From the human T2T-CHM13v2.0 reference genome, Homo sapiens, in the NCBI RefSeq assembly GCF_009914755.1, contig NC_060945.1: a DNA stretch of 64,000 bases. The stretch is one strand, 5' to 3'. The notes beneath the pieces were generated by a model. The model saw only the letters and a program-made list of their open reading frames with translations, ran no database searches and was not told the origin of the DNA. Positions 61,735 through 64,000 of this stretch are shown piece after piece. The position numbers and the translations under genes were made by a program. Positions within the stretch are counted from its first letter, which is position 1. Each line of letters begins with the position of its first letter.

Positions 61735-63284
61735 TGTAATAGTTTCCTATTGCCGCCATAACAAATTACCACATTAGTGACAACACAAATTTATGATCTC
61801 ACAGTTGTATAGGCCACATGGCCAGGATTGCTTAACAGATTTCTTTGTTCCAGCTCTCACAAGGCTGGGATCAAGATGTCAGTGGTCTGGACTGTTATCT
61901 GGGGAAGAACTGGCTTCTAGGTTCTTTCAGGTTGTTGACAGAGTCTAGTTCCCTGGTTTTAGGACTAAGGTCTCCATTTCCTTGCTGGTTGTCGCTGGGG
62001 TTTGCTCTTATCTCCTAGAGGCCCTTCTTAGGCCCTTGCATGAGGGCGCCTGTATCTCAGAACCAGCAACAACTTGAAATCAAATCCTTCTTGGGATTAG
62101 ATTTGTTCTGACTTTCTCTTTTCTTCCTCTTTCCCCATTGCTCCATCTCTTTAAACTGATTCTCTGCCTTTCTTTTCTGATTTTAAAGGACCATGGAATT
62201 TCACTGAGCCTACCAGATAATCCAGGATAAGCTCCCTATTTAAGGTGATTAGTAACTGTGATGTTGTGAAATACATATTTGGTCTTTGTCCTATTTCCTG
62301 GCATACAGCTCCTAAAATCCTTAGAATCCTCCAGAGTAGTAAGAGTGTCCTTTTTATGCTAATGAGACGCCTGGTGGCTGGGGCCATCTAGATTGCCTCA
62401 TGACTGGGGCTGGTCATAAGAAAGACCAAGCCATGACTATGGGGTTGGAACTTTAATCCCATCCCCAACCTCCAGGTTGGAAGAGAAGATAAAGGATAAA
62501 TTGATCACTAATGGTCAGTGGTTTAATCAATCGCACCTATGTAATGAAACTTCCATTGAAAACTCCAAAGGACTGAGTTCTGATGGCTTGGGGATAGCTG
62601 AGCATTTGGAGGATTTGGGAGGGTGGTGCACCCATGGAGGGCATGGAAGCTCCGTGCCCCTTCCCAAATGCCTCACCTTATGCATCCCCTGCATCTGGCT
62701 GTTCATCATATTCTTTGTCATATTCTATTTGATATTATTGTAATTTTATATTATATAATATTGCAATAGCATATTATAATATTACAATATTATTTGAAAT
62801 ATTCTTTATAATAAACCAGTGTATTTGTGTCCCAGAGTACTGTCAGTTGCTGTAGTATATTAATAGAATCCAAGAAAGCAGTTGTGGGAAGCTAGTTCGT
62901 CAGAAGCAAAGGTAAAACAACCTGAGGCTTGTGATCGGCATGAAAGGTAGCGGCAGTCTTATGGGACTGAGCCCTCAACCTGTGGGATCTCAGGTTGCTT
63001 CCAGGTAGATAGTGTCAGAATTGATTTAGAGGACACCCAGCTAGTGTCTGCTGGAGATTCATCTGTGGAATTGCTTGGTGTATGTGGGAAGTCCCCCCGC
63101 CCCTTGCCCCGTCGCATTGGTGTCGGAAGTATTGAATGAGTGAATGATAATAGGAAAAACACTTCAGATTTCTGCATTCTTACAGTAACCTTAATTGTAT
63201 CTGCTAACAGTGCCTAGATTCATTTTGAATAACTAGAGGATGGGGATCTTGTGGGAGACATCTTTAGAATTGTTGCCTACCACA
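61735..63284 (-). mobile_element. MLT1E-like MaLR LTR split by MER21
   Basis: 'tgtaatagtttcctattgccgccataacaaattaccac' to 'ttagaattgttgcctaccaca'. Confidence 0.8.
62257..63184 (+). mobile_element. MER21B-like solo LTR
   Basis: TG...CA ends; 5-bp TSD gtaac at 62252-62256 and 63185-63189. Confidence 0.82.
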
Positions 63285-63319
63285 GTGCCATGTCTTGGGA
63301 TGACTCATGCTCAAATAAT

Positions 63320-63320
<1 letters not shown>

Positions 63321-63352
<32 letters not shown>
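63321..63352. repeat. Poly-T tract (32 nt)
   Basis: Direct reading; no adjacent Alu or L1 body. Confidence 0.97.
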
Positions 63353-64000
63353 CTACAGCAGGATACAGTAGAAGGGAGCTAGGTGGTAGCACAGAACCTA
63401 TTCTCTGGGGAAGAACTGACATAGGAGACGTGACTAAGTTGCAGTTGACGGTAAGGGGGTGGTGAATTGGGGGGCTCAATTTTTGAGGAGAGTTGCAGTC
63501 TAATTTTCAAGGCAGAAAAAAGTCATTTCCAGTTAAGTCCATAGTGAGTAAACAAGAAAGCAGGGGATACAGAGAGCCAAGTGGACGGTGATTATCATTC
63601 ATAGAATTGATCTGTCTGTAGGCGTAGGTCTCCTTTGCTGGGTGGGTTCAGGACAGGGCTTCGGTCTTCAGGTGGTGAAAGACGATGGGGTGATCATGGG
63701 GTTTTAGGCAGAGGACAGGTCAAAACTAACTTATAGGGTTAAAATAAAACAAAAAGACAAAGAAAGCAAATGTGGAACAAGGGCAATTTAGGGACAAGAG
63801 CCAGCTGCATGCAATCCTTGATGATGACAATTTCTGGCACTGACTTGATGTAAATCATTTTTACAAAGAAGCCTAATGGTTTATCAGTAGTGCTGTATAA
63901 ATACAAATGTCTAGTCTAAATCCTTCTGCCTTTAGAGCATGTCCCATTTCTCCTCTTGTAAATGCAGTGGCATAGCTGACAATATATAACAAGAGTCGGT

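Overview
Primate (human or great-ape-like) non-coding DNA, AT-rich, CpG-depleted and mostly interspersed repeats. No intact cellular protein-coding gene, RNA gene or CRISPR array is recognisable, and I cannot name the locus. Long ORFs in the supplied track are L1 ORF1/ORF2 fragments or repeat artefacts. Main structures: (1) a three-level nest at 4.1-18.1 kb, where a full-length L1PA3-like element with a 66-bp 3' transduction sits in a 5'-truncated L1PA6-like element, itself in an ERV1 internal remnant; (2) a complete THE1 MaLR provirus inserted antisense into a solo MSTA LTR, both TSDs intact, creating a 23-bp hairpin; (3) a rearranged chimeric L1 at 45.1-50.3 kb with a tail-less internal L1 insert and templated snippets; (4) many Alus, LTRs, MIR/L2 and DNA-transposon remnants. 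Unique sequence holds a 96-bp local duplication, a 19/20 p53-family response element overlapping an ATG-to-splice-donor segment at about 60.05 kb, and other candidate + strand exons. The minus-strand bias of L1s suggests an intron of a + strand transcript. Subfamily names come from recalled consensus features, not a database search. I found no evidence for a wholly new biological system; the findings are testable leads.
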